Assembly (NCBI GenBank): GCA_043822925.1
Contig: JBDRBF010000008.1
Span: forward strand, 25,129 to 89,128
DNA from: a bacterium
Lineage (GTDB): Bacteria; Babelota; Babeliae; Babelales; RVW-14
DNA: 64,000 nt
Reading direction: 5' to 3'
The translations under genes and the position numbers were made by a program. A model generated the notes under the pieces. The model was not told where the DNA came from. It worked only from the letters and a program-made list of their open reading frames with translations, and did not search any database. Shown piece by piece: positions 1 through 10,223 of this stretch (the first letter of the stretch is position 1; each line of letters begins with the position of its first letter).

Positions 1-1763
1 TCAAGTTCAATATTTTGTAAAACAAGAGACCCATAATTTAAATCAAAGCGCTTAGCTCTGTCGGGTGATTTAAATGTTACTTTTTTCTTACCACCTATTC
101 CACGCATACATACAACATTAGAAGCTCCATCTATCACAAATTTGCCAGACGTAAAAGTTACATCTTGGTCAAACTCAAAAAGAACATTTGAACCTAAATA
201 AACTTCACTTCCAGCATCCAAACGAAATGTTCCAGCATTTATACGAGAAAAAACTATATTTTCTAAAATTACTTTTTTCCCTGAATGAACAATAAATTGT
301 GGTGTATCCTGATGAATAAACGTAATCACTGAACCTCGACCATCAATCGCCACATCAGCATCAACACTAATCGTCTGAACCGGCGCAAGAGTTACTCCTT
401 TATCAAGCAAAACATCGCTTGTAATTGGAGTATCAACAAGCGTTACGTCAGAAATAGATTGACCAATAGAACGATCTGCGACTTCCAAAATAAAACCATC
501 AGGCCCGATTTCAAGATTTCCACTTGCTATATCTAAATTTACATTATCTACACTCAATACATGCTTAAGAAACAAAGGCAATGGCGCATTAATTTGCCCT
601 GAAGCATCACTAATAGGAAACACAAAAGTATATAAATTTAAACGACTATTCACTCTCAAAACAGATAAGCCATCAAAATTCCAATTTTTAGTTCGCAAAG
701 CGATCGTCGAATCTGACTCAACCTCAACAATCCCCTTATTCATAGTAAAGTCACCAGACAGTTCAACGTCAGCTCCATTTAAACAAAGCGTTGAAGTCCC
801 AGATTGAAAAACAATTTTACCATCTATATTACTTAGACCCTTGACGGTAATGTTCTCTAAGCGCAATGTCACGCCGGGTTTTATAATAAGTTGCCCTCCA
901 CCAGACAAATCAAGAACCGCTCCATTACCATTAATTTTTGAATCGTCTTCAAATGTCCAATAACCAGTCACATTAATATTACCATTAAGTGTTATGCTCC
1001 GTGCATTCTGAAACGTTATGTCTGTCCCCCAAGCACTTGTATAAATGCCCCCTAAATATAGGGTATACCCAGCAACATTAACATCACCAGGCCCTTCTAT
1101 AAACGTATCATCAGTTAACTTAAGATCGTCACCCAATGTTAATAAACCACCATGAAGCTCAATATTTTCGTTATATGCATTTTGAATAGCTATCGTTAAT
1201 TCTGCGCTAGAATCAGTAAACACAATTTTTTGACCAGGATTAAACCGCCCTGAAACTCTATTACCAGACCCCGTAACACTTATATCAACGCCCGTTTCCG
1301 CCCGACTTACTGCTGGACTACGAGATGAAAAACTGCGTGTACCAAAAATAAACCCTGAATCAGACGGGTTAGACTCTATTTGCGTATCGCCGATAAACTT
1401 TATGTATGTTTCTTTTTCTGGATCAAGATCACACTTATCCACACCAAGAGCCACCCCCTCTTGCGTCAAAATCCCGTCATTAAGCGTTACTATTTCACCA
1501 CTAACGCCAGTTACAGGATCTGGCAAACGAGTACCATCAGCTGAAAAACGAGTTCGCGAACCAGCTTTGGGCAAAGTAATCGTGATAGTTTTTAACGATT
1601 GATTTGGCTGCGTAATATTCATACGACCATTACGAACATCAATTCCTGAAGACCTATTTGCACTATTGAGCTTTTTAGCAACAAAACGACGCGCACTTAC
1701 TCTTGTTGTACTTATTAACTGCAAAAGCACCATAATCAATAATAATTTTTTTGGAACCTTCAT
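1..1763 (-). CDS. Large secreted hypothetical protein with internally repeated beta-rich (solenoid-like) units; partial, runs off the window start
   Basis: Hand translation, not in the ORF track: ATG at 1763 after a GGAG RBS, signal-like N-terminus MKVPKKLLLIMVLLQLISTTRVSA, frame apparently open to base 1 (>587 aa; spot-checked). Repeated units INGNGAVLDLSGGGQLIIKPGVTLRLENI and IDGRGSVITFIHQDTPQFIVHSGKKVILENI. Confidence 0.85.
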   Translation of the reverse strand, partial: MKVPKKLLLIMVLLQLISTTRVSARRFVAKKLNSANRSSGIDVRNGRMNITQPNQSLKTITITLPKAGSRTRFSADGTRLPDPVTGVSGEIVTLNDGILTQEGVALGVDKCDLDPEKETYIKFIGDTQIESNPSDSGFIFGTRSFSSRSPAVSRAETGVDISVTGSGNRVSGRFNPGQKIVFTDSSAELTIAIQNAYNENIELHGGLLTLGDDLKLTDDTFIEGPGDVNVAGYTLYLGGIYTSAWGTDITFQNARSITLNGNINVTGYWTFEDDSKINGNGAVLDLSGGGQLIIKPGVTLRLENITVKGLSNIDGKIVFQSGTSTLCLNGADVELSGDFTMNKGIVEVESDSTIALRTKNWNFDGLSVLRVNSRLNLYTFVFPISDASGQINAPLPLFLKHVLSVDNVNLDIASGNLEIGPDGFILEVADRSIGQSISDVTLVDTPITSDVLLDKGVTLAPVQTISVDADVAIDGRGSVITFIHQDTPQFIVHSGKKVILENIVFSRINAGTFRLDAGSEVYLGSNVLFEFDQDVTFTSGKFVIDGASNVVCMRGIGGKKKVTFKSPDRAKRFDLNYGSLVLQNIEL

Positions 1764-2013
1764 TACTCCGTTCTCCCTCATTCAAAAATACAAAAAATAT
1801 AAAAATTACATGCCTAACAGTTAAATACACACATAATAATCACAAATACTTTTGTGCTATTTTAATTTCTTCTCTAAATTCCCCAAATAAAAGCCTCAGC
1901 ACCAACTATGCTAATTGTGCCGAACAAACGCCCACCATTTATACGACATTCTCCCTTTTTTATTCAGGCTAATGTCCTCATTTCTATATGTCAACAATTC
2001 CCTACTACGCAAG

Positions 2014-2091
2014 TATCCTGGGGTTAAAAAACACCAGGATAAAGCTACGAAAACGCGTAGCGCTGCTACGCTCGTTATTTACAAAACGATT
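2014..2091. repeat. Dispersed palindromic repeat, family 2, copy A
   Basis: Hairpins TATCCTGGGGTT/AACACCAGGATA and GCGTAGC/GCTACGC, then TCGTTATTTACAAAACGATT; matches 41186-41246 and 46060-46129. Confidence 0.75.
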
Positions 2092-2128
2092 CTTGGTTTG
2101 AAGATATGTATGTATATTTTAATTATAT

Positions 2129-2617
2129 ATGAAGATCCCAATGAAGATTCTGTTCTTTTTTTATCTCACCAGTTGTTCTGTTGTATTTGCTCAAATTAAA
2201 ATAGTCCAGAAAGTTGCGCAAGAAAACACCCAAATGCCTACCACGCCTGTTACGCGCGAGGCAAATCCCAACCAACTTGCTCAATCATTTATTTTAGCCG
2301 AATACCTTAAAACTATACTTGAAATGACGCTAACATATCATGAAAATCACGCACAAGAGCCTGAAGTTACATGTATCAACTGTCAGAAAAAACTATCATC
2401 AGGAGTATTTTTTACCGGAATTGCAGGAATGGCCTTACATGATTTTGTCGAAAGAAAAAATAATTATGAATACATGAAAAAAAACCTAGATAAATCTATC
2501 GAATTATTATCGAGCGGATCACCTGATGAAATAACAGAGTTCATGTTACAAGTGGCAAATGAAGTCCATTTTCCTTGCACCAAATGTCATACAAATTCTT
2601 GGATAATACAAAATTAA
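2129..2617 (+). CDS. Secreted hypothetical protein with two CxxC motifs
   Basis: 162-aa ORF; signal-like N-terminus (start may be 2141); CINC and CTKCH motifs; followed by a terminator. Confidence 0.7.
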   Translation: MKIPMKILFFFYLTSCSVVFAQIKIVQKVAQENTQMPTTPVTREANPNQLAQSFILAEYLKTILEMTLTYHENHAQEPEVTCINCQKKLSSGVFFTGIAGMALHDFVERKNNYEYMKKNLDKSIELLSSGSPDEITEFMLQVANEVHFPCTKCHTNSWIIQN

Positions 2618-2640
2618 TTTTTCACCACAGATCGCTTAAA

Positions 2641-2680
2641 TAAAAAGCTGCAAGATTTTTAAAAATCTCGCAGCTTTTTA
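2641..2680. terminator. Bidirectional intrinsic terminator
   Basis: AAAAAGCTGCAAGATTTT/AAAATCTCGCAGCTTTTT inverted repeat between convergent genes. Confidence 0.75.
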
Positions 2681-2731
2681 TTTATAACAAGTGCTCGCTT
2701 AAGAGCGCTTTTTATTTACTTATTTACAGAA

Positions 2732-3088
2732 CTAAACCCATTCAAGACGGGCAATAGGAGCTGTGTCGCTCATACGACGACCAAGTAATATAACACGCGT
2801 ATATCCTCCAGGTCTGCCGACATACTTAGGTGCAATTTCTTTGATCATTTTAGTAACTGCTTTAGCATCATATGGCAACAATTGTTTAATACGACGAATC
2901 GTATTAAAATCGTATCCCTCACGAGAGAGCGTAACGATTTTTTCAACCATTTTTTGAACTACTTTTACATGAGTCTTTGTTGTTTGTAAGCAACCATAAT
3001 TAATAAAGTGAATAATTTGATTTCTCAAAATCGCTTTTCTATGGCCGCTCTTTAGATTGAGCTTTTTTCTACCATTTTGGTGATTCAT
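2732..3088 (-). CDS. rplQ: 50S ribosomal protein L17
   Basis: HRKAILRN and RPGGYTR...RRMSDTAP motifs; follows rpoA. Confidence 0.97.
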   Translation of the reverse strand: MNHQNGRKKLNLKSGHRKAILRNQIIHFINYGCLQTTKTHVKVVQKMVEKIVTLSREGYDFNTIRRIKQLLPYDAKAVTKMIKEIAPKYVGRPGGYTRVILLGRRMSDTAPIARLEWV

Positions 3089-4140
3089 GACTTCTTGGTT
3101 CCTTCCTGTTGCTTGATCGCTTTTTTCAAATCTAATTCCTTGATGTTCATCCCCAAATGCAAGCCAAATGCACCAAGAATTTCTTTCACTTCACGCAAAG
3201 ATTTGCGACCAAAATTTTTAATTTTCAAAACATCTTCATCAGTAAGATTTACCAAATCGATAACACGTTTTATGCCCGCACCGACGAGACAGTTATGAGC
3301 TCTAACTGAAAATTCTAATTCATCAATTGATTTCAAAAACAAATCAACTGGTAAACCTTTTGTTGGCCCTTGGAGATCAGTTTGTGCTTCTTTTTCAGCT
3401 TCTTCGTCTACTTTTTTAGAAATTTCATTAAATGGAATTTCAGCTGCAGACAAAAAGTGTTCAAATTGCGTTCTTAATACAGATGTCCCGTAATGAATAA
3501 CATCTTTCGGCTCGACAACTCCATTAGTTTGAATCTTCAATGTAAGTTTATCGTAATCGATAGCTTGTCCAACACGAGTTTTTTCAACATGAAATTCAAC
3601 ACGCTTAATAGGCGAGAACATCGCATCTAAATAAATACGGTCATCAGCCTGAAGAGCTTGTCCTTTTGGCCATTGAGCCGCAAGATACCCTCTGCCTGTT
3701 TCCACAAAAAACTCTATTTCTAATTCTCCGTCAGTAGCCAAATGAGCAAGAATGTGCTCTGGATTCAAAAGTTCAAGATGTTCGTCTGCATTAATATCAG
3801 CAACTTTTGCAACACCTTCGCCTTTGACAGAAAGACGCATTTTGCCCGACTCTCCGGTTTTATTTGAAATAACAATTTCTTTAATATTTAAAAGCACATT
3901 CAAAACGTCCTCAGTCACTCCTTTAATCGCTGAATACTCATTATTAACCCCCTTAATAATCACAGAGGTTACTGCAGAGCCTTCAACAGAAGAAAGAATA
4001 ACTCGACGCAACGCATTACCAAGCGTTATGCCAAAGCCAGGTTCAAGAGGCTGAACAATCAACTCTCCATAGGTCGGCGACGACACCTTTTTCTCCCAAC
4101 TCAAACTTGGAGATATCAACGGTTTATAGGTTCTCTGCAT
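3085..4140 (-). CDS. rpoA: DNA-directed RNA polymerase subunit alpha
   Basis: PLEPGFGITLGNALRR, DAMFSPI, SVRAHNCL...KNFGRKSL. ATG at 4140 is better spaced from the AGAGGA RBS than ATG at 4146. Confidence 0.98.
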   Translation of the reverse strand: MQRTYKPLISPSLSWEKKVSSPTYGELIVQPLEPGFGITLGNALRRVILSSVEGSAVTSVIIKGVNNEYSAIKGVTEDVLNVLLNIKEIVISNKTGESGKMRLSVKGEGVAKVADINADEHLELLNPEHILAHLATDGELEIEFFVETGRGYLAAQWPKGQALQADDRIYLDAMFSPIKRVEFHVEKTRVGQAIDYDKLTLKIQTNGVVEPKDVIHYGTSVLRTQFEHFLSAAEIPFNEISKKVDEEAEKEAQTDLQGPTKGLPVDLFLKSIDELEFSVRAHNCLVGAGIKRVIDLVNLTDEDVLKIKNFGRKSLREVKEILGAFGLHLGMNIKELDLKKAIKQQEGTKKS

Positions 4141-4183
4141 CCACATTCCTCTAAGCTACTTTTCACCAACATCCAACAGAGCT

Positions 4184-4807
4184 TTACTTAGAATACAATT
4201 CAACAATTAAGTGTTCTTCTATCGGAGCTGTAATATCTGAACGAATAGGCAATCTAAGAACAGTCCCTGTTCTATCTTTTTTATTAAGCTCAAGCCATTC
4301 AGGAACACGAAGACCCATATTCATTTTCTTGTCAACAACATTCGCCAAGAAAACTTTTTTGTTAAGAGAACTATCTGAAAGAGTAACAACATCGCCTTCA
4401 TTTACTAAAAATGATGGTGATTTTACCCGTTCCCCATTAACATAAATATGACCATGAACAACCATCTGACGAGCCTGAACTCTTGAAGTTGCTAATTTTA
4501 ATCGCGCAATAACGTTATCTAATCGACGTTCCAATAAGCTCAAAAGTGTTTCTCCAGTAACTCCCTTTTGACGGGAAGCAAGTTCAAAAAAACGTTGAAA
4601 TTGCTTTTCGAGAACTCCGTACATAAACTTTACTTTTTGCTTTTCTTGAAGCTGTCTTCCATATTCAGATGACTTTTTCACTGAAGATTTTTTACCATGT
4701 TGTCCTGGGGTCAGTGGCCTTTTTTCAAGAACACACTTAGGACCTTTAGAACAAAGCTTAACTCCAGTTTGCCGACATCTTTTACATCCGGATAATTTTT
4801 TTCCCAT
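4184..4807 (-). CDS. rpsD: 30S ribosomal protein S4 (Cys-containing form)
   Basis: SEYGRQLQEKQK, LERRLDNV, LIVELYSK. Confidence 0.98.
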   Translation of the reverse strand: MGKKLSGCKRCRQTGVKLCSKGPKCVLEKRPLTPGQHGKKSSVKKSSEYGRQLQEKQKVKFMYGVLEKQFQRFFELASRQKGVTGETLLSLLERRLDNVIARLKLATSRVQARQMVVHGHIYVNGERVKSPSFLVNEGDVVTLSDSSLNKKVFLANVVDKKMNMGLRVPEWLELNKKDRTGTVLRLPIRSDITAPIEEHLIVELYSK

Positions 4808-4875
4808 AATCCTACCAACAATTTACTACTAAGTAACTACCAAAATTATTATACAAAAACCTACGCTCTTATGCG

Positions 4876-5259
4876 TTACATTCTTCTTTTCTTAGCAGGC
4901 CTACATCCATTATGAGGAAGCGGCGTCACATCTCGCAATACCGTTACCATCAATCCAGTTGCCTGCAAACCTCTAATCACAGAATCCCGTGAAGACCCCG
5001 GACCTTGCATATTGACTTCAACTACTTTTACGCCAAGAACTTGTAATTCTTTGCCTAATTTTGTAGCTATTTGTGTTGCCGCGAAAGGAGTCCCTTTACG
5101 AGCTCCTTTAAAACCCAATTGTCCTGAACTTCCACGCATTACAACGTCACCGTCCATCGTAGTAATAGTTACAAGCGTATTATTAAAAGAAGATTTAACA
5201 TGCGCTAAAACAGAATCTACGTTTTTATATTGCTTTTTCTTACTCTTTTTATATGCCAT
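4876..5259 (-). CDS. rpsK: 30S ribosomal protein S11
   Basis: SSFNNT, GFKGARKGTPFAA, DVTPLPHNGCRP. Confidence 0.98.
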   Translation of the reverse strand: MAYKKSKKKQYKNVDSVLAHVKSSFNNTLVTITTMDGDVVMRGSSGQLGFKGARKGTPFAATQIATKLGKELQVLGVKVVEVNMQGPGSSRDSVIRGLQATGLMVTVLRDVTPLPHNGCRPAKKRRM

Positions 5260-5291
5260 TATGTACCCTGGTTACTGGTTAGTTGATAAAT

Positions 5292-5681
5292 CTATTTCTT
5301 AGTAACAACCTTTTTAAGAGCAACTGCCCCACCAGCTTTTCTGGGACCTTTTCTCGTTCTTGCATTAGTCTTAGTACGTTGCCCCCGAACTGGCAAAGAT
5401 CTCTTATGCCGAGTTCCTCGATAAGAACCAATCTCTTGAAGTCGTTTAATATTCAACGTAACTTCTTTTCGCAAACCACCTTCTATAACAAAAAACTTTG
5501 TTATAAATTTTTGAATTGCAGCAACCTGTTCATGAGTTAAATCTTTTATACGTACATCTGGACTAATGCCAGTTTCTTTTAAAATATCGTGAGATCTTGC
5601 AAGGCCAATGCCATACAAATACGTCAATCCGATTTCTACACGCTTTTCATTTGGAAGAAGTACACCCTCAATACGAGCCAT
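5292..5681 (-). CDS. rpsM: 30S ribosomal protein S13
   Basis: [24 protein letters not shown]. Confidence 0.98.
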   Translation of the reverse strand: MARIEGVLLPNEKRVEIGLTYLYGIGLARSHDILKETGISPDVRIKDLTHEQVAAIQKFITKFFVIEGGLRKEVTLNIKRLQEIGSYRGTRHKRSLPVRGQRTKTNARTRKGPRKAGGAVALKKVVTKK

Positions 5682-5738
5682 TAAAAAACCTCTCTGCTCA
5701 AATAAAAACTTACAACAATTTTCATCATAAACAAGTCA

Positions 5739-5855
5739 TTAACCTTGACGCTGTTTGTGGCGTGGTTGTTTTTCACATAACACACGAACAACTTTACCAC
5801 GTTTAACTATTTTGCAATGTCCACATATTTTTTTTACGGAAGTTCTTACCTTCAT
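5739..5855 (-). CDS. rpmJ: 50S ribosomal protein L36 (zinc type)
   Basis: Hand translation [38 protein letters not shown] (38 aa, below the ORF-track cutoff); lies between infA and rpsM. Confidence 0.96.
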   Translation of the reverse strand: MKVRTSVKKICGHCKIVKRGKVVRVLCEKQPRHKQRQG

Positions 5856-5884
5856 GGTTCAATTCTCTTTTCTATCTAAATGTT

Positions 5885-6106
5885 TTATTTATAACGAGAA
5901 ATAATTCGTCCCTTTGTTAAATCATAAGGGGAAAGCTCAACAGCAACCTTGTCCCCTGGTAAAAGACGAATATAATGCATACGCATTTTACCTGAAACAT
6001 GCGCCAAAATTACGTGCCCGCCATCTATCAATTTCACTTGAAATACAGCATTCGGCAAAGCTTTTTCTACAATCCCATCCATCAATATTATATCAGCTTT
6101 TTTCAT
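5885..6106 (-). CDS. infA: Translation initiation factor IF-1
   Basis: [36 protein letters not shown]. Confidence 0.98.
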   Translation of the reverse strand: MKKADIILMDGIVEKALPNAVFQVKLIDGGHVILAHVSGKMRMHYIRLLPGDKVAVELSPYDLTKGRIISRYK

Positions 6107-6130
6107 AACACCTTCTTTTGGCTATCTCCC

Positions 6131-6889
6131 TTAAATTCTAGTAAAAATCTCTGCACCATCTTTAGTTACAAGCACAGTATCTTCAACATGTGCCGCGAAC
6201 CCACCATCAACCGTCTTTGCAGTCCACCCATCAGCCATAACTTGTACGTCATAGCTTCCTTGCGCGATCATGGGTTCTATTGCAAGAGTCATACCTTCTT
6301 GCAATATCACGTCAATCTTACTCTGCGTCCTAAAGTTCGGAATTTCAGGTTCTTCATGCATATTTCTGCCAATACCGTGACCGGCAAAACTTCTTACTAC
6401 ACTAAAACCTTCGTTTTCAACCGTTTGCTGTATTGCTACTGAAATGTCAAATAACCGACACCCTGGCTTAATTCTATCGATAGCCACATCTAACGCTTGC
6501 TGTGCGACTGCAGCCATTTTTTTTGCCACAGGATCTACTTTCCCAACAAAAAAACACCGAGCCATGTCCACACAATATTTTTTATATGATCCCACAACAT
6601 CTATAGTAACAAAATCACCAGATTTTAAAATAACTTCTTTCGATGGAATACCATGTACTACTACATCATTCAAAGATATACACGTTGCATATTTATACCC
6701 TGCATAACCCTTACATTCCGGTTTTAAGCCTCTTTCCAGCATTTTTTGTTCAAAAAGCCTATCAATTTCATACGTACTGCAACCAATAACTACATGTTCT
6801 GCAATTTCTTCCATTACTCGAGCAAGTAATTCGCCCGCGATACGCATTCGCTCAATAGCCATCTTATTTTTTACTATTATCTTCGACAT
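6131..6889 (-). CDS. map: Type I methionine aminopeptidase
   Basis: CISLNDVVVHGIP, GHGIGRNMHEEP, AIEPMI, AHVEDTV. Confidence 0.97.
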   Translation of the reverse strand: MSKIIVKNKMAIERMRIAGELLARVMEEIAEHVVIGCSTYEIDRLFEQKMLERGLKPECKGYAGYKYATCISLNDVVVHGIPSKEVILKSGDFVTIDVVGSYKKYCVDMARCFFVGKVDPVAKKMAAVAQQALDVAIDRIKPGCRLFDISVAIQQTVENEGFSVVRSFAGHGIGRNMHEEPEIPNFRTQSKIDVILQEGMTLAIEPMIAQGSYDVQVMADGWTAKTVDGGFAAHVEDTVLVTKDGAEIFTRI

Positions 6890-6923
6890 AATTTTCAGCT
6901 AGAAAACCTTAAATAAACGATTC

Positions 6924-8240
6924 TTATCGCCCCCAGCGCGTTTTTAAACGACCAGTTGCAAGAAAACCCTCATACTTTCTCTCAATTAAATGTGATTCAA
7001 TTTGAGCAGAAGTATCAAGAGCTACACCAATTACAATCAATAATCCAACACCACTAAATATTACCGGAAAACCAATAAACGTTTTAAGTGCGTTAGGGAC
7101 TATTGCTAGTAACGCCAAGTACACAGCACCCGGAAAACCTACTCGAGTAAGAAGATAATCAAAGAATTCTGCAGTCTTTTTACCTGGTCTAATACCAGGA
7201 ATAAAACCACCCGATTTTCTTATATTATCCGCAAGCTCAACCGGATTAAATATAATCGCAGTATAAAAAAATGCGAAAAATATTATTAATCCAACATTAA
7301 AGATACTATATAAAAGCCCATTATAACTAAACCAGTTGGTCATAAATACATTAACACCAGGCCATCGAGCAGCCAATACCCCCGCAAGCATTAAGGGCAA
7401 CCCCAAAACAGCTTGAGAAAATATAACTGGTATAACACCTGACGGATTAAGTTTCAATGGAATATAAGAACTCTGTCCGCCATACATTCTATTACCAATA
7501 ACTCTCTTTGCATACTGTATTGGAATTTTTCGTTCGCCTCTTTCTAAAAAAACAACGCAAGCAATAATCGCTATCGTTACAATTAGCAACAAAATAATAA
7601 TCAAAAGATTCGTTTGTCCCATGCTAAAATTTTTAAAAATTTTAACAAGAGATTCTGGAAGCCTCGTTACTATTCCAGCAAATATAATCATCGAACTACC
7701 ATTCCCCAGTCCATGAGCATTTATTTGTTCACCAATCCACATTACAAATAAAGACCCAACAGTCAAAAACAAAATAGCCGACAATCTAAATCCCAATCCA
7801 GGAGAAACTACAAGTCCTGGATTTCTCTCAATATACACAGCTAAACCAATACTCTGAACAACACCTATTACCAAGGTTAAATATCGTGTATATTGTCCAA
7901 TTATCCGACGACCATACTCCCCCTCTTTTGATAATTGCTCAAAAGTAGGAACCATGACAGTCAAAAGCTGCATCATAATAGAAGCACTGATATATGGAGA
8001 CATGCCCAATGAAAAAATTGAAAAATGCTGCAACGCTCCACCAGAAAACAAATCTAAATAAGAAAGTAGTCCCGTTCCCGCATTAGCAAAGAAATTTTTC
8101 AGAGCTATAACATCTACCCCCGGTATCGGCACATGAGCGCCGAACCGATACACCGCAAAAATTCCTAATGTAAACAACAGTTTTTTTCTTAAATCTTCAA
8201 CTAAAAAAATGTTTTTAAAGTTACGAAGCAACACTACCAC
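6924..8240 (-). CDS. secY: Preprotein translocase subunit SecY
   Basis: FSIFSLGMSPYISASI, GFIPGIRPG and multiple TM segments; GTG at 8240 lies 7 nt from AGGAG. Confidence 0.98.
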   Translation of the reverse strand: MVVLLRNFKNIFLVEDLRKKLLFTLGIFAVYRFGAHVPIPGVDVIALKNFFANAGTGLLSYLDLFSGGALQHFSIFSLGMSPYISASIMMQLLTVMVPTFEQLSKEGEYGRRIIGQYTRYLTLVIGVVQSIGLAVYIERNPGLVVSPGLGFRLSAILFLTVGSLFVMWIGEQINAHGLGNGSSMIIFAGIVTRLPESLVKIFKNFSMGQTNLLIIILLLIVTIAIIACVVFLERGERKIPIQYAKRVIGNRMYGGQSSYIPLKLNPSGVIPVIFSQAVLGLPLMLAGVLAARWPGVNVFMTNWFSYNGLLYSIFNVGLIIFFAFFYTAIIFNPVELADNIRKSGGFIPGIRPGKKTAEFFDYLLTRVGFPGAVYLALLAIVPNALKTFIGFPVIFSGVGLLIVIGVALDTSAQIESHLIERKYEGFLATGRLKTRWGR

Positions 8241-8700
8241 TAGTCTTCTCCTCACTTACCTCAATTAAGAGGACCTTACCCTTTGCCTTTTCTATTGCTT
8301 GAATTGCTGATTTACTGTAGGCGTCGACCATTACTGTTAATTTTTTTGTTAAAGTCCCTTTGCCTAATATTTTAATTGGAGAAATTTTCTTGCCCCGTAT
8401 AAGAGCTTTTTCCATTAAACTATTTCTATCAACAGTATCCCCATCTGAAAACCTTAATTCCAAATCTTGTAGATTTACAATTTGATAAGTTTCTCTAGAA
8501 AAATTAGTAAATCCTCGTTTTGGAATACGTCGAGCCAAAGGCATCTGTCCACCCTCGAAGAAAGATCTGAATTGAGTCGTTCCTCCAGAGCGAGCCCGCT
8601 GTCCCTTATGCCCACGACCTGACTGACCACCCCGTTCACCACCTCTTCCAATACGTTTTCTTTTTTGCGATATGGATTCTAATTTATCAAGCTTTAACAT
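8221..8700 (-). CDS. rplO: 50S ribosomal protein L15
   Basis: GRGHKGQRARSG, FEGGQMPLARRIPKRGF. Confidence 0.97.
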   Translation of the reverse strand: MLKLDKLESISQKRKRIGRGGERGGQSGRGHKGQRARSGGTTQFRSFFEGGQMPLARRIPKRGFTNFSRETYQIVNLQDLELRFSDGDTVDRNSLMEKALIRGKKISPIKILGKGTLTKKLTVMVDAYSKSAIQAIEKAKGKVLLIEVSEEKTSGSVAS

Positions 8701-9238
8701 TATTGTTTTCTCCAAATAAGTCTTTCAGAGTTTTGCCTCTCAGACCCGCAATGTGCTGTGCTGATTTTAATTTTTTCAACGCATGAATTGTTGCTTTTAC
8801 AACGTTCTGTGGATTAGAAGATCCAATTGCTTTCGCAAGGACATCCTTTACCCCAATAGCTTCCATAACTGCTCGTACAGCCCCTCCAGCAATTATACCA
8901 GTACCTTTAGAGGCTGAGCGTATAAGCACTATACTCGAACCATGCTTACCCTGAACAGTGTATGGAACCGTTGTTTTATATAAAGGAACCGTAAACATGT
9001 TCTTTCGAGCACGTCTTAATCCTTTAGAAATAGAAGAAGCAACCTCTCGACTTTTACCTAAGGCAACGCCAAGTTTACCGTTTTTATCCCCAACAACTAC
9101 CAATGCCGAAAATGCAAATCTTCTTCCGCCTTTTATAACCTTGGCTACACGACGAACATTCAAAACAGATTCAACATACTCATCGTTCTGTTGATTACTT
9201 TTTGTCGACGTGTTTTTTTTCTTTTTTTCCTCAACCAT
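8687..9238 (-). CDS. rpsE: 30S ribosomal protein S5
   Basis: RVAKVIKGGRRFAFSALVVVGD, GTGIIAGG. Confidence 0.98.
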   Translation of the reverse strand: MVEEKKKKNTSTKSNQQNDEYVESVLNVRRVAKVIKGGRRFAFSALVVVGDKNGKLGVALGKSREVASSISKGLRRARKNMFTVPLYKTTVPYTVQGKHGSSIVLIRSASKGTGIIAGGAVRAVMEAIGVKDVLAKAIGSSNPQNVVKATIHALKKLKSAQHIAGLRGKTLKDLFGENNNVKA

Positions 9239-9285
9239 CGTACTCTTTCCCGCTATCTAAAAATTATTTAGCTTAAAGTCAATTT

Positions 9286-9642
9286 TTAAAAAACCAAACC
9301 ACTCTCACGTAATCCTTCAGCCAGCGCCTGAACGCGCCCATGATACAAAAATCGTCCACGATCAAAAAAGATTTTCGTAATACCAGCAGCTACAGCTTTT
9401 TTTCCTAAATCTATACCTACTTGCTTTGCAGCTTCCTTTTTGTCCCCAGAAATTTCCGCCAAAGTCAACGTGGAAGAACTCAGTAATGTTTTGCCCTGAC
9501 TATCATCAACTATCTGTACATACATATTTTTCAAACTTCGAAAAACTGTAACACGTGGCATCAACCCACGACTCACAAATTTTTTTCTTGTTCTAAATGC
9601 ACGTTTTTCAGCTCTAAAAACTTCTCTTTTTTGCAAATTCAT
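9286..9642 (-). CDS. rplR: 50S ribosomal protein L18
   Basis: PRVTVFRS, FDRGRFLYHGRVQALAEGLRESGL. Confidence 0.97.
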   Translation of the reverse strand: MNLQKREVFRAEKRAFRTRKKFVSRGLMPRVTVFRSLKNMYVQIVDDSQGKTLLSSSTLTLAEISGDKKEAAKQVGIDLGKKAVAAGITKIFFDRGRFLYHGRVQALAEGLRESGLVF

Positions 9643-9672
9643 AAAACCCGTCCTATAGTCCTATATATATAA

Positions 9673-10212
9673 TTAGGCAGCTTTTGTTTTACCAGATTTA
9701 CGAATAATAATATCACCATCTCTGATAATACCAGTTCCTTTGTATGGTTCTGGTGGTCTAAAAGACCTTACAGCATCACACACATTACCGACAACAAGCT
9801 TATCTGCGCCTTTTACCGTCAGTTTTTGACCGGTCTTATCAATTTCAACAGATATTCCAACAGGGAGATCAAGTTCTCTTTTATTTGTATACCCTAATGA
9901 AAAAACCATTTTATTGCCAACGAGAACAACTTTATATCCCAATCCAACAATATTTATATTCGTAGCAAATCCCGTTTCAACACCTTTTATTTTATTGGCC
10001 AACAAAGCTCTGTGAAGTCCCCACAAAACACGATTTTCTCTCGTATTTTCTTGTATAAGAACCTTCAAAACCTTATCATCCAAAGAAACAGTAACTCCGT
10101 TAGGCAACTCATGTTCAAATTTGCCGTTTTTGCCTTCGATAGTTATTTTATTTTTTTTAACTTCGACCTTAGCGGATGACAATAGAATCGGCATTCTTCC
10201 TATTTTTGACAT
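9673..10212 (-). CDS. rplF: 50S ribosomal protein L6
   Basis: MSKIGRMPI, RPPEPYKGTGI. Confidence 0.97.
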   Translation of the reverse strand: MSKIGRMPILLSSAKVEVKKNKITIEGKNGKFEHELPNGVTVSLDDKVLKVLIQENTRENRVLWGLHRALLANKIKGVETGFATNINIVGLGYKVVLVGNKMVFSLGYTNKRELDLPVGISVEIDKTGQKLTVKGADKLVVGNVCDAVRSFRPPEPYKGTGIIRDGDIIIRKSGKTKAA

Positions 10213-10223
10213 ATAATCAATTC

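Noticed and set aside
1751-2199. Short plus-strand ORFs 1751-1972 and 1915-2199
   Set aside because: They span a divergent promoter region and a repeat, with no RBS or motif support.
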